64,000 nt of DNA from a virus (Duplodnaviria; Heunggongvirae; Uroviricota; Caudoviricetes): IMG/VR virus record IMGVR_UViG_3300042445_002023. The stretch is one strand, 5' to 3'. The notes under the pieces are model-generated. The model was given only the letters and a program-made list of their open reading frames with translations, was not told the DNA's origin and did no database searches. The translations under genes and the position numbers were made by a program. Below are positions 1 through 9,972 of the stretch, piece by piece. Each line of letters starts with the position of its first letter. The first letter of the stretch is position 1.

Positions 1-350
1 ATACTGCAACAATAGTATTATCATCCGCTCAAAGTGGATACGCAGTAGTTGCTAAAGGTGGACATATAGTAAGTGGTTCTACATCTTGGAATAACTTAGC
101 AGGAACGCCAAGTGGGTTGGTGAGTGGGTCTTCACAAATAACTGCATTAACAACCTATAAGGAAACAGTTAGTGGTAATTCAACCTATTCAATCACTCAT
201 AGTTTGGGTGAAGAATATCCAATAGTTCAAGCATGGAATACTACTAATAAAAGACAAGAAGTTCCCTCAATTATAGAATCAACCTCAGTTAATGCGTTAA
301 CTATAACTTTTGCTGGATTATTTTCTGGACTAATTATAATTAAAAAATAA
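1..350 (+). CDS. C-terminal fragment of a tail fibre-like structural protein; the ORF is open to the window start
   Basis: Frame is open from position 3 with no upstream stop; Ser/Thr/Gly-rich like the adjacent fibre-like genes. Confidence 0.45.
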   Translation, partial: TATIVLSSAQSGYAVVAKGGHIVSGSTSWNNLAGTPSGLVSGSSQITALTTYKETVSGNSTYSITHSLGEEYPIVQAWNTTNKRQEVPSIIESTSVNALTITFAGLFSGLIIIKK

Positions 351-355
351 TATAA

Positions 356-1354
356 ATGGTTTACGATGTTTATTATACCACAGGTGGTGGACCGTGGGTC
401 AATGCAGGTTCTGATATTTGGGTAAATCTTTGGATAGAATTAATAGCACCTAAATTAGATATTAAACCAATTCTACTAATTCATAGAAACAAACCCAAAG
501 GACACGAAGATTACGAATTCCCAATAGAAACTTACTGGCATGGTGAAGATATTCAAAAATTTGAAGAACTATGTAAAGGTGCACGAAGAATTAATATCCT
601 ACATGGACATTATACTCCAATGAAACCAATCGTAGATAATAAAGATAAAATCCATTCAAATATATTACACAATTCAATAGACCACATCCTAAAATCTCAA
701 TTTGGAAGTGATTTACCAATAGGACATCATCCTTATATGAGTTCAGAATGGGAACAAGAGGTTACTGATTGGTGTGAAACTAATATATGGGTAGGATTAT
801 ACGAAATACTTTATAAAAATACTAATATACCAAATTTTTACGAATTTAAATGGAATTTACCACTATCCGAATCTAATAGGTTAGGATTTGCAGCAAGAAG
901 TGAAGGTAGAAAAAATCCACACTATTTAGATAAAATTCCTAGTCTTATTTTTACTAACTCTCAAGAATTTAATGTACTTTGGAAAAATGGGGTAAAAGTA
1001 GATATTTCAAAATCAAAATTATATCATTATACTCCAGATTTTAAAGATACATTTTATGATATGGATTGGGGTATATCACACTCTGCGTTTATATCAGAAC
1101 CCTTTGGATATTCAATATTTGAAGCGGTTGATAAAGGTAAATTACCAATACTACATTCGAGTTGGTGTAAAGATTTAGAATATCCATACCGAGCATCGTC
1201 TAAAACTGAATTTTTTGATATTTATACAAAGATTACTACATTATCTTATTCTGAAAAATTATATTGGTTTAATATTATAAAAAATTATATGATTAAAAAA
1301 TATACAGATAAGAATAAGTGGATTGATTCATTATTAGATATTTATAATAAATAG
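356..1354 (+). CDS. hypothetical protein (332 aa), possible tail fibre-associated protein
   Basis: Long ORF packed tightly between structural genes; no recognisable motif. Confidence 0.5.
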   Translation: MVYDVYYTTGGGPWVNAGSDIWVNLWIELIAPKLDIKPILLIHRNKPKGHEDYEFPIETYWHGEDIQKFEELCKGARRINILHGHYTPMKPIVDNKDKIHSNILHNSIDHILKSQFGSDLPIGHHPYMSSEWEQEVTDWCETNIWVGLYEILYKNTNIPNFYEFKWNLPLSESNRLGFAARSEGRKNPHYLDKIPSLIFTNSQEFNVLWKNGVKVDISKSKLYHYTPDFKDTFYDMDWGISHSAFISEPFGYSIFEAVDKGKLPILHSSWCKDLEYPYRASSKTEFFDIYTKITTLSYSEKLYWFNIIKNYMIKKYTDKNKWIDSLLDIYNK

Positions 1355-1365
1355 GAAACACATAA

Positions 1366-2643
1366 ATGGCAACATTAACATCAGGACAAACCAAAAGTTT
1401 AAATTCATTAGGTGCAGCAACAGGTGTTGCAGCAGGACCAAGAGCATTATCAGCAGCAAAGGGAAATTCAACCGGTCCTATTTCAATGTCATCATTTGCA
1501 ATTGATTCGGTAGGTTCAGTAACTGGTTATACATACGGAGTTGAATCTACAAGTGAAACTTATACATTAGGGTTTAGTGGTGCTGGTGCAAATTTTGATA
1601 GAATTAGTAGTAGAGCAGCAAACTTCACATGGAGTGTTCCTGCTGGGTCATTCATAACATTAGGAACAAATAGTGGTACAACCGCTAGTTTTAGTATATC
1701 ATCAATGAACCCACAAGGGGTAGGTGCACAGACTGTACTACAAACAATTCAAACTCATACTATTAGAGCAATATTTGCAGATGGATATAATACACACGCA
1801 ACTGGGTATAATACTTCTAGAGATAAGACGGTTTATTCCGTAGATTCTTATGATGGTAACTCCGTTGCATTATGTTTAACATCTGATTCACCAATAACAA
1901 TGGCTGATGGTTCTATTAAGGAAGTTGGCCAAATTGAAGAAGGTGATAAATTAAAAGGATTTTCTTTAAGTGGATTATCAATCGATTCAGATGGCACATT
2001 CTATGATTGGTCTACATCTGAATTAAATAAAACTGAAAAAGAAGTAACAGTTGTGAATGTAATATATTCATTTACTGGTAAATATTACAATGTTAATAAT
2101 GGTGAAATCACTGCTACATCAGAACATCCATTATTAGTTAAAGATTCTACTGATAATTTATATAGATTTAAACAAATGTTTAATTTAAATCTTAATGATA
2201 AATTAATTAAATTTGAAAATGGTAATACACAAGAAATAGATATAACATCAATAACAATTGATGAAGAAACATCTGAAATCGTATCATTAGATGTGGAAGC
2301 AGAAGATACCTATTTAGTAAATGGATATATTACCCATAATAAAGGTGGTAACGCATTTACGGATTTAGGAGCTCCTGGTGCACCAACCTCATTAGCATAT
2401 GCATCTCCAAGTTTAAGTTGGGTAGCACCTACTGCAGTTGGAACAGCTGGTATTACTGCATATGATATACAAATATCATCTGGAAATACATTTGCTACAA
2501 ATATAGTAGATAATACGGAATGGAGTACTACAACTATTGAAGTTAATACCCTATTAACTGCAGGTACGTGGTATGCTAGAGTTAGAGCAATTGACCAAGG
2601 TCTTAAAGGTGCTTGGACATCTGCTTATTCATTTGTTAGATAA
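1366..2643 (+). CDS. structural, fibre-like protein with an internal Hint (intein-like) domain and a C-terminal fibronectin type III domain
   Basis: Intein blocks present: CLTSDSPITMADGSIKEVGQIEEGDKL, TSEHPLLV, and VSLDVEAEDTYLVNGYITHN ending in HN. Downstream FN3-like segment ends WYARVRAID. N-terminal part is G/S/T-rich. Confidence 0.65.
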   Translation: MATLTSGQTKSLNSLGAATGVAAGPRALSAAKGNSTGPISMSSFAIDSVGSVTGYTYGVESTSETYTLGFSGAGANFDRISSRAANFTWSVPAGSFITLGTNSGTTASFSISSMNPQGVGAQTVLQTIQTHTIRAIFADGYNTHATGYNTSRDKTVYSVDSYDGNSVALCLTSDSPITMADGSIKEVGQIEEGDKLKGFSLSGLSIDSDGTFYDWSTSELNKTEKEVTVVNVIYSFTGKYYNVNNGEITATSEHPLLVKDSTDNLYRFKQMFNLNLNDKLIKFENGNTQEIDITSITIDEETSEIVSLDVEAEDTYLVNGYITHNKGGNAFTDLGAPGAPTSLAYASPSLSWVAPTAVGTAGITAYDIQISSGNTFATNIVDNTEWSTTTIEVNTLLTAGTWYARVRAIDQGLKGAWTSAYSFVR

Positions 2644-2712
2644 TTTTTTTATCGTTTGGTGAAAATCTATATATTTATATATATAACTAATTAATAAACA
2701 AAATATATCAAA

Positions 2713-2982
2713 ATGGCAGAAAAAATTAAGTTTACGGAAGACGAAGTCGCACAAATTAACAAATTACGAATTGATGTTGGGGCTGTTTTTACTGAATTAG
2801 GACAAATTCATATTGAAAAAAGAAGAAGATTGTCAGAATTAGAAGAAAGAGAAGCAGAATTAACTAAACAACATTCGGATTTAGTTATAACGGAAGAAAC
2901 CTTATTTAAAGGATTAAATGAAAAATACGGAGATGGTGATTACAACCCTACAACGGGAGAATTCACACCAATCGCAGAATAA
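2713..2982 (+). CDS. hypothetical coiled-coil protein (89 aa)
   Basis: Preceded by the late-type motif at 2667-2690; charged heptad-like sequence. Confidence 0.45.
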   Translation: MAEKIKFTEDEVAQINKLRIDVGAVFTELGQIHIEKRRRLSELEEREAELTKQHSDLVITEETLFKGLNEKYGDGDYNPTTGEFTPIAE

Positions 2983-3074
2983 TACTACGTTACGCATATA
3001 TAAAATAATATTTTAGAAAAAGTATCTAATACTTATATGTGTATCATTACACAAACTTAATAGGAGTAAATAAA

Positions 3075-5474
3075 ATGGCAGAAAAAATTGTATCACCTGG
3101 TGTATTCACAAGAGAGAATGATTTATCATTTTTATCACAGGGTATCGGAGAAATTGGAGCAGCAATAGTAGGACCTTTTAGTAAAGGACCAGCATTCTTA
3201 CCAACTATCGTAAATACACAATCAGAATTTGAAGAAATATTCGGTACACCTGATGGAACATACTATACAGGGTACGCAGTACAAAACTATCTAAGAGAAG
3301 CAGGAACAGTTACAATTGTTCGTGTTGGTCACTTAGGTGGTTATTCACAAGTAGCACCAATTGGTATTAAAGTAACATTAGAATCTGGTTCTGCTACAGG
3401 AACATATGCAAGTGGTAGTGAACATATCATCGGTACATTACACGCTACATTAAGTGGTAGTGAATCAACCGGATTTGCTACTGGTTCAATAGTATTTGCA
3501 AACGGGACATCAACTGATAGTTATTTTACAATTAGTGGAAGTAATATTGCATATAATGGTTCAGCATCAATTGACCCTTCAGAAGGAAATGATATTGGTG
3601 ATGTATTTGGAGAATCTCCATTTGGAACTAAAAAAGCATATGTGTATACATACTTTGAAAAAACAGCTACTGATTTAAGTGCATACTTATCTGCAGGTTC
3701 TGGTTCTATTTCATTAGTTCAATTACCAACTCAAGTATTTGGAGCTGATACTAATGGTATTACATACGCAGAAACACCAATGGTTAAATCTCAATTAATT
3801 AGCGGTCAACGCCACGATTTATTTAAATTTGAAACATTAGGTGATGGTAATCCATACAATACCGAATATAAAATAAGTATTTTTAACGTCAAAGCAGCAG
3901 GAGTATCTGGTGCAACTGATTACGCTACATTCTCAATAGTAGTTCGTGGATTTAGTGATACTGATAGAAAAAAATCAGTAAAAGAAACATATAATAACGT
4001 TAACTTAGACCCTGCATCTCCAAACTATATTGCTAAAGTAATTGGTGATAGAACATTAACAATTGATGCAAATGGTAAACAAACTGAAACTGGTGATTAC
4101 GCAAATCGTTCTAAATTAGTTAGAGTAAAAGTTGCAGCTGAAGGTTCATTCCCTATCATAGCAGCACCTTTTGGACATGGTGCATACATCAATCCAATCG
4201 ATGCAACGATAGAAACAATCGTTCCTGCAGTTATATATTCAACGGGTTCTGTTAATAATACAGCATCATCTGCATATAGATACTCTGGTATTGATTTAGA
4301 AACTACTGCAGTAAAAATAAATAATACACAATATTTAAAACCATTACCGGGAACTGAATTTAGTACTGGTAGAAATACTGATTTTACATTTGATGCAGAT
4401 ATTACTGCTATTGTAAGTGGTTCGGTTGGAACATATAATTTTGGTTATTCATTATCAACTGATGATTCGGCCGAAACAATTGCTAAAAGACAATTTACTT
4501 TAGCGTTTCAAGGTGGATTTGATGGTACAACGCCAGCAAAAACAATTAACAAAGGTGTGGATATATCAGCAGGTAATTCACAAGGATTTAACTTAGCAAC
4601 ATCAATTGCAAGTGGTTCGGTTGCATATGTAAAAGCAATCAACGCAGTATCTAACCCTGATGATTTTGATATCAACTTAATCGCAGCACCAGGTATAGTT
4701 CGTAGACATCACTCATATGTATTTGATTACATAAGTGAAATGTGTGAGAATCGTGAAGATGTATTCTTCATTGGTGATGTAGTTGGTTGTGATGGTGGTA
4801 ATGATACAATTGATGAAGCAGTTGCACAAGGTGCAGCAGTAGATTCTAACTATGTAGGTACTTATTACCCGTGGGTTAAGACAATCGATAGAAACACTAA
4901 CAAATTAACTGCAGTACCACCATCAGTATTGATGCCAGGTATTTACGCAGCAAATGATGCGGTTGCAGCAGAATGGTTCGCACCAGCTGGTTTAAATCGT
5001 GGTGGAATCGTAGGAGCAGTTTCAGTATTGAATAGATTAACACACGCAGAGAGAGATACATTATACGAAGGAAAAATAAATCCTATCGCATCTTTCCCTG
5101 GCGAGGGTATCGTGGCATTTGGACAGAAAACATTACAAGAAAAATCATCAGCGTTAGATAGAATCAATGTTAGAAGATTACTTATCAAAGTTAAGAAGTA
5201 TATCGCTTCTACATCAAGATACTTAGTATTCGAACAAAATACTTCTACCACTCGTTCAAGATTCTTAAATACAGTTAATCCTTATTTAGAAGCAATTCAA
5301 CAAAGACAAGGTTTATATGCATTTAGAGTAGTAATGGATGAGAGTAATAACACTCCTGATGTAATTGATAGAAATATATTGGCTGGACAGATTTTCTTAC
5401 AACCAACAAAAACCGCTGAATTCATCGTGTTAGATTTCAACATCTTACCGACTGGAGCATCGTTCTCAGCATAA
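3075..5474 (+). CDS. tail sheath protein
   Basis: C-terminal sheath signature: INPIASFPGEGIVAFGQKTLQ ... SALDRINVRRLLIKVKKYI. AGGAG ribosome-binding site at 3063. Start taken at 3075 rather than the track's 3039. Confidence 0.75.
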   Translation: MAEKIVSPGVFTRENDLSFLSQGIGEIGAAIVGPFSKGPAFLPTIVNTQSEFEEIFGTPDGTYYTGYAVQNYLREAGTVTIVRVGHLGGYSQVAPIGIKVTLESGSATGTYASGSEHIIGTLHATLSGSESTGFATGSIVFANGTSTDSYFTISGSNIAYNGSASIDPSEGNDIGDVFGESPFGTKKAYVYTYFEKTATDLSAYLSAGSGSISLVQLPTQVFGADTNGITYAETPMVKSQLISGQRHDLFKFETLGDGNPYNTEYKISIFNVKAAGVSGATDYATFSIVVRGFSDTDRKKSVKETYNNVNLDPASPNYIAKVIGDRTLTIDANGKQTETGDYANRSKLVRVKVAAEGSFPIIAAPFGHGAYINPIDATIETIVPAVIYSTGSVNNTASSAYRYSGIDLETTAVKINNTQYLKPLPGTEFSTGRNTDFTFDADITAIVSGSVGTYNFGYSLSTDDSAETIAKRQFTLAFQGGFDGTTPAKTINKGVDISAGNSQGFNLATSIASGSVAYVKAINAVSNPDDFDINLIAAPGIVRRHHSYVFDYISEMCENREDVFFIGDVVGCDGGNDTIDEAVAQGAAVDSNYVGTYYPWVKTIDRNTNKLTAVPPSVLMPGIYAANDAVAAEWFAPAGLNRGGIVGAVSVLNRLTHAERDTLYEGKINPIASFPGEGIVAFGQKTLQEKSSALDRINVRRLLIKVKKYIASTSRYLVFEQNTSTTRSRFLNTVNPYLEAIQQRQGLYAFRVVMDESNNTPDVIDRNILAGQIFLQPTKTAEFIVLDFNILPTGASFSA

Positions 5475-5528
5475 ATTTTAAAAAAAAGAGAAACCTTATA
5501 TTTATTAATATAATAGGAGAAAATAAAA

Positions 5529-6017
5529 ATGGCAGAAATATTAGAGTTTAACGAAATGTTCTATACCAACTTTGAACCAAAGATGAAAAATCGTTTCATC
5601 ATGGAAATCGCTGGTATCCCTTCATATCTTATCAAAGCAGGTAACAGACCAAACATTCAGTTTGAAGCTGTAACATTAGAACACATCAACTTAAAAAGAA
5701 AGTTGAAAGGTAAAGGTGAATGGCAAGATTTAGAAATCACATTATATGACCCAATCGTACCATCAGGTGCACAGGCAGTAATGGAGTGGGTTAGAACTTC
5801 ACATGAATCCCTAACAGGACGTGATGGATATGCAGATTTCTACAAAAAAGATATTGATATCTATATGTTAGGACCAGTAGGTGATAAAATTGAAAACTGG
5901 AAACTTAAAGGTGCATTTATCTTAAACGCACAATTTGGTGAATTAGATTGGACATCAAATGACCCTGCAGAGATTACATTAACGTTAGCTTACGATTATG
6001 CAATACTTGAATTCTAA
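5529..6017 (+). CDS. tail tube protein (putative)
   Basis: 162 aa ORF directly after the sheath gene with an AGGAG site; size and position are typical of a tube protein; strong terminator follows. Confidence 0.55.
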   Translation: MAEILEFNEMFYTNFEPKMKNRFIMEIAGIPSYLIKAGNRPNIQFEAVTLEHINLKRKLKGKGEWQDLEITLYDPIVPSGAQAVMEWVRTSHESLTGRDGYADFYKKDIDIYMLGPVGDKIENWKLKGAFILNAQFGELDWTSNDPAEITLTLAYDYAILEF

Positions 6018-6042
6018 TAGAATTAAAATATAAAATTAAGAA

Positions 6043-6069
6043 AGGAGATAGAAATATCTCCTTTTTTTT
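6043..6069 (+). terminator. rho-independent terminator: AGGAGATA-gaaa-TATCTCCT followed by T8
   Basis: Perfect 8-bp stem, 4-nt loop and a T-run, seen directly in the sequence. Confidence 0.75.
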
Positions 6070-6082
6070 CAATTTTTTTTTT

Positions 6083-6110
6083 ATTTATATATTTATATAC
6101 AATAACAAAA
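6083..6110 (+). promoter_or_regulatory. late-type promoter-like motif: TATATATTTATATACAATAACAAAA
   Basis: Conserved copies at 2667-2690, 15859-15885 and 55628-55660; each lies 20-30 nt upstream of an ATG. Confidence 0.5.
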
Positions 6111-6122
6111 TAAAGGTAAAAT

Positions 6123-6878
6123 ATGTCACAATACGAATTCTCAACGGAAATAGTTGGATTACCATCTCAAGGTAAATGCTATCCAGAAACAAATCCATTA
6201 TCAAGTGGTAACATCGAATTAAAATATATGACGGCAAGAGAGGAAGAAATTCTTTCATCTCAAAGTTTGATTAAAAAAGGTGTAGTATTAGATAAATTAT
6301 TCGAAGCAATTATAGTAGATAAGAAAGTAAATCCAGATGATATTCTTTTGGGTGATAAAAACGCTATTATGTTAGCAACTCGTATCTTAGGATATGGACC
6401 AGAATATAAGATTGAAATATTAGATGATAATGATACCAAACAACAAATTACTGTTGATTTAGGTAAAGTTCAAACAAAAGATATTGATTATTCAAAGTTA
6501 AATACTGAAAATCGTTATCAATTTACAACATCAACTGGAAATGTATTAGTTTTTAAACTATTAACACATGGTGATGAAAAACGAATTGATGCTGATGTTA
6601 ACGCTTTAAAAAGATTGAACAAAGATTCAATGGGGAGTGAATTAACCACCCGTTATCGTTATATGATACAATCGGTAGATGGTAAAGAAGACACCAAATC
6701 TATAACTGATTTTATTAATAATAAATTCCTTGCTAGAGATACTAAAGGATTTAGAGAACATGTAAAAAATTTACAACCGGATATCAAAATGGAATTTGAT
6801 TACGAAAACCCTGAAACAGGAGAAATGGAGGTAAGACCTATTACAATGGGTGTTAGCTTTTTTTGGCCTACCGAGTAA
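6123..6878 (+). CDS. hypothetical protein, possible tail assembly chaperone (first ORF of a candidate frameshift pair)
   Basis: Sits between the tube and tape-measure genes; ends at a T7 run; the next ORF overlaps it in the +1 frame. Confidence 0.5.
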   Translation: MSQYEFSTEIVGLPSQGKCYPETNPLSSGNIELKYMTAREEEILSSQSLIKKGVVLDKLFEAIIVDKKVNPDDILLGDKNAIMLATRILGYGPEYKIEILDDNDTKQQITVDLGKVQTKDIDYSKLNTENRYQFTTSTGNVLVFKLLTHGDEKRIDADVNALKRLNKDSMGSELTTRYRYMIQSVDGKEDTKSITDFINNKFLARDTKGFREHVKNLQPDIKMEFDYENPETGEMEVRPITMGVSFFWPTE

Positions 6879-7089
6879 TTATTCTATCCTATTACATAGA
6901 CAAATTTTTGAATTATGTTATCATGGAAATGGGTTCATTCAATCGGATGTATATAGATTACCAGTTCATTTAAGAAATTTTTATTACAAAGAATTGGTAG
7001 ATACAAAGAAACGAGAAAGTGATAATGCAAATAAAGCACAAAAAAATAACCAACCATCAAAAGGACCAGGTGTAAGAGTGAGGAAATAA
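6850..7089 (+). CDS. candidate +1 frameshift extension of the 6123 ORF; basic C-terminus
   Basis: Overlaps the upstream stop; the only start is a GTG with no ribosome-binding site; a terminator hairpin lies exactly at its stop; without it there would be a 265-nt gap in an otherwise compact genome. Confidence 0.3.
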   Translation: MLAFFGLPSNYSILLHRQIFELCYHGNGFIQSDVYRLPVHLRNFYYKELVDTKKRESDNANKAQKNNQPSKGPGVRVRK

Positions 7090-7105
7090 ATTCCTCACTT
7101 TTTTT
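7078..7105 (+). terminator. rho-independent terminator: GTGAGGAA-ataaa-TTCCTCAC followed by T7
   Basis: Perfect 8-bp stem and T-run, seen in the sequence. Confidence 0.7.
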
Positions 7106-7142
7106 ATGTCTTATATTTATAGGAGTATAATAGGAGAACCTT

Positions 7143-7409
7143 ATGAAATTAACAAAAGAAGATAGACAACTTTTTAAAGAAATTTATACTAAACATAAAT
7201 TGAAAGAAGGATTTATTAGTAATTTATTTTTATCTATATTAAGTCGTAATTTAAAAAGTGATAAAAATATAGCTAAAGCAATAAAAGATGCAGACGAATC
7301 AATCGAAACTGCTCGTGAAACTATTGAAAAACGATTCGGTGGCGATAAAGAAGCAGTTAAAAAGGCAATACCTCAATCAGTTAGAAAATATTTAGGATTT
7401 GATTACTAA
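7143..7409 (+). CDS. hypothetical protein (88 aa)
   Basis: AGGAG site at 7130; lies between the chaperone-like gene and the tape measure. Confidence 0.5.
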   Translation: MKLTKEDRQLFKEIYTKHKLKEGFISNLFLSILSRNLKSDKNIAKAIKDADESIETARETIEKRFGGDKEAVKKAIPQSVRKYLGFDY

Positions 7410-7411
7410 TT

Positions 7412-9970
7412 ATGGCAAAAAATAAAACAGCAGAAGAAAAAGAATATCAAGATGCAGTCAAATATACCTCATCTATCATAGGTGATATGAAGAGGGCTAT
7501 TGAAGAAACTGCTGAAGCTTCTGATTTGCGCAATAAAAAAATATTTGAAGAAATAAGTTTAACTAAAAAAGTGTTAAACTCATTAAAGGATGAAAAATCC
7601 TACGAAGAGGCTCTAATTAAATTATCGGCCCAAAAAGGACAAGTCCTACAATCAAATTTTGGTGTTAATGAAAAAATGAAATCAACGTATCTAGCACAAT
7701 TAGATGCAGCAGATGCTATTGTAAAAAAGGAATTAGCTAGATTAAAAATAATAAATGAAACCCAACGAATTGCAGATAATTTACAAAATAAATTTGTAAA
7801 ATCATTAGATTCCATTGGTGAAAAAATAAAAGGTATACCCATAATAGGGGAAACACTATTTAATAGATTTTGGACACCCTTCTCAGATAAAGCAAAAGGA
7901 AGTATAGATGCAGTAAAAAAACGTTTTATGACTCAGTTCAAAACGGGATTTACTCAAGCAACTAATAAGGGTTCTAATATGATGGAATCATTTACTTCCG
8001 GATTAAGTAGAGGATTTGGTTCTGCTAAAAATATGATAATGGGATTGTTAGGACCTCAAGGGATAGCAATATTATCCGTTGTCGCAGTAGTTGCAGCAGT
8101 TGCATTAATTGCATATGCTTTATACAAAGCATTTGAAGTAGGGTTGGAGAGATTTAAAGAAATAGAAGCAGCAGCAAAATCTTTTAGAGAGGAAACCGGA
8201 TTATTAAATTCTCAAACTAGAACTTTACAAGGTAACATAAAAGCAGTATCAACTGAATTCGCAGGATTAGGTGTAAGTGCAGAAGATGTAGGTAAATCTG
8301 CAACCGCGTTTACACAAACATTTGGCGGGCTAGAGCAACCTTCAAGAGAAGTGTTGGGTTCTATGGTTATGTTGAATAAAAACTTTGGTGTTGGGGTAGA
8401 ACAAGGTGCCGAATTAAATAAAGTATTTCAAAATATAGGTGGATTAACTGCCGCACAATCACAAGCACTAATCGGTCAAACTGCTGAAATGGCAAAGATG
8501 GCTGGGGTTGCACCTTCAAAGGTAATAGCAGATATGGCGGAGAGTTCTGAATATGCATATCGTTATTTTAATGGTTCTCCAAAAGAATTAGCTAAAGCAG
8601 CAGTTCAAGCAGCAAAATTAGGAACATCGATTAAAGAAGCAGGTGCAGTTGCAGATAATCTTTTGGATTTTGAAAGTAGTATTACCTCAGAATTAGAAGC
8701 AAGTGCAATATTAGGAACAAACCTAAATCTTTCTCAAGCAAGATATCTAGCAGCTAATAATGACATATTGGGTGCACAACAGGCTGTATTAGACCAAGTA
8801 TCGAGTTTAGGTGATTTAACAAAATTAAATAAATTTGAACAAGATGCTCTTACTAAAGCAACTGGTATGCAAATGGGTGATTTAATAAATCAACAAAGAA
8901 TTAGAGAACAATTTGGTAAATTAAATTCAGAACAATTAGCATCGGCAATGTCCTTAATGGATTCTGGTAGAGATATCACTTCATTATCAAAAGAGGATTT
9001 AGATTTACAAACTAAACGATTATCATCTCAAAAGGATATGCAAGGAGTAATGGATAACCTTGCAAATAGTTCATCTGCTCTTAAAACTGGATTTAGTGAT
9101 ATGTTCGAACCAATAGCAGCATTTGTAATGCCAGTATTAAATGATTTATTTACAATATTAAACGCAGTTCTATTACCGATATTTAGAGTTATAGGATTGG
9201 CGTTTAAAATGGTATTCAAACCACTTAAAGCAGTTTATGATGTTATATCTGCAATTGTCATGCCATTAGTAGCAATCGGTTCTGCAATAACAAATGCATT
9301 ACTTACTCCATTTGAAGCTGCGTTTGATGCATTAGAACCATTGTTTTTAAAAATAGGTGAATTCAAAGAAGTAATGATGAAATTTGCACAACCAATAATT
9401 GGAGTTATTAGTAGTATTGGTAAAATATTTGGTTCATTAGTAGGTGGAGCAATTGGATTTTTTGTAGATTTCTTAGTAAAAGGATTTGGATTGATATATG
9501 ATGTAATTAGTTTTATAGGAGATACAATTTCTAAATATATAGTAGACCCGATTATGTGGGCAGTAAACGGAATAGGGAGTGTATTTAGTTCGATAGGTTC
9601 ATTCTTAGGAATAAGTGATGAAGCAAAAACTGATGGAAGTACCGCAACAACTTCAAGTATTAACGATGGTGTGGTTCAAGATGGTAAAGTAATAGGAACA
9701 AATCCAGCGGATGTTTTATTAGCAACTAAAGACCCTGCTAGTTTATTGGAAACAATTGCTACAGGCTTAGGAACTGGTATTGGTGGATTATTGGGTGGTA
9801 TGATGGGTGGAGGACAAGATAACACTGCAGTTGTTGCTAAATTAGATGAATTAATCTCAGCGGTATATTCTAATAGAGATGTCTATATGGATAAAGAAAA
9901 AGTTTCATCAGCAGTAGTGAAAACAAACGAAAAAAGTGGTGAAAACCGATTTGGATTAATGGGAGCTTAA
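7412..9970 (+). CDS. tail tape measure protein
   Basis: 852 aa with an N-terminal coiled coil, hydrophobic segments (IAILSVVAVVAAVALIAYALY and LPIFRVIGLAFKMVF) and a G-rich C-terminus; position is between the tail chaperones and the baseplate. Confidence 0.65.
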   Translation: MAKNKTAEEKEYQDAVKYTSSIIGDMKRAIEETAEASDLRNKKIFEEISLTKKVLNSLKDEKSYEEALIKLSAQKGQVLQSNFGVNEKMKSTYLAQLDAADAIVKKELARLKIINETQRIADNLQNKFVKSLDSIGEKIKGIPIIGETLFNRFWTPFSDKAKGSIDAVKKRFMTQFKTGFTQATNKGSNMMESFTSGLSRGFGSAKNMIMGLLGPQGIAILSVVAVVAAVALIAYALYKAFEVGLERFKEIEAAAKSFREETGLLNSQTRTLQGNIKAVSTEFAGLGVSAEDVGKSATAFTQTFGGLEQPSREVLGSMVMLNKNFGVGVEQGAELNKVFQNIGGLTAAQSQALIGQTAEMAKMAGVAPSKVIADMAESSEYAYRYFNGSPKELAKAAVQAAKLGTSIKEAGAVADNLLDFESSITSELEASAILGTNLNLSQARYLAANNDILGAQQAVLDQVSSLGDLTKLNKFEQDALTKATGMQMGDLINQQRIREQFGKLNSEQLASAMSLMDSGRDITSLSKEDLDLQTKRLSSQKDMQGVMDNLANSSSALKTGFSDMFEPIAAFVMPVLNDLFTILNAVLLPIFRVIGLAFKMVFKPLKAVYDVISAIVMPLVAIGSAITNALLTPFEAAFDALEPLFLKIGEFKEVMMKFAQPIIGVISSIGKIFGSLVGGAIGFFVDFLVKGFGLIYDVISFIGDTISKYIVDPIMWAVNGIGSVFSSIGSFLGISDEAKTDGSTATTSSINDGVVQDGKVIGTNPADVLLATKDPASLLETIATGLGTGIGGLLGGMMGGGQDNTAVVAKLDELISAVYSNRDVYMDKEKVSSAVVKTNEKSGENRFGLMGA

Positions 9971-9972
9971 TT

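Noticed and set aside
3496-3678. Small plus-strand ORFs nested in other frames (3496-3678 inside the sheath gene; 31557-31808 inside the exonuclease gene; 46615-46860 inside the polymerase gene)
   Set aside because: Each is fully embedded in a well-supported gene in a different frame. There are no independent start signals.
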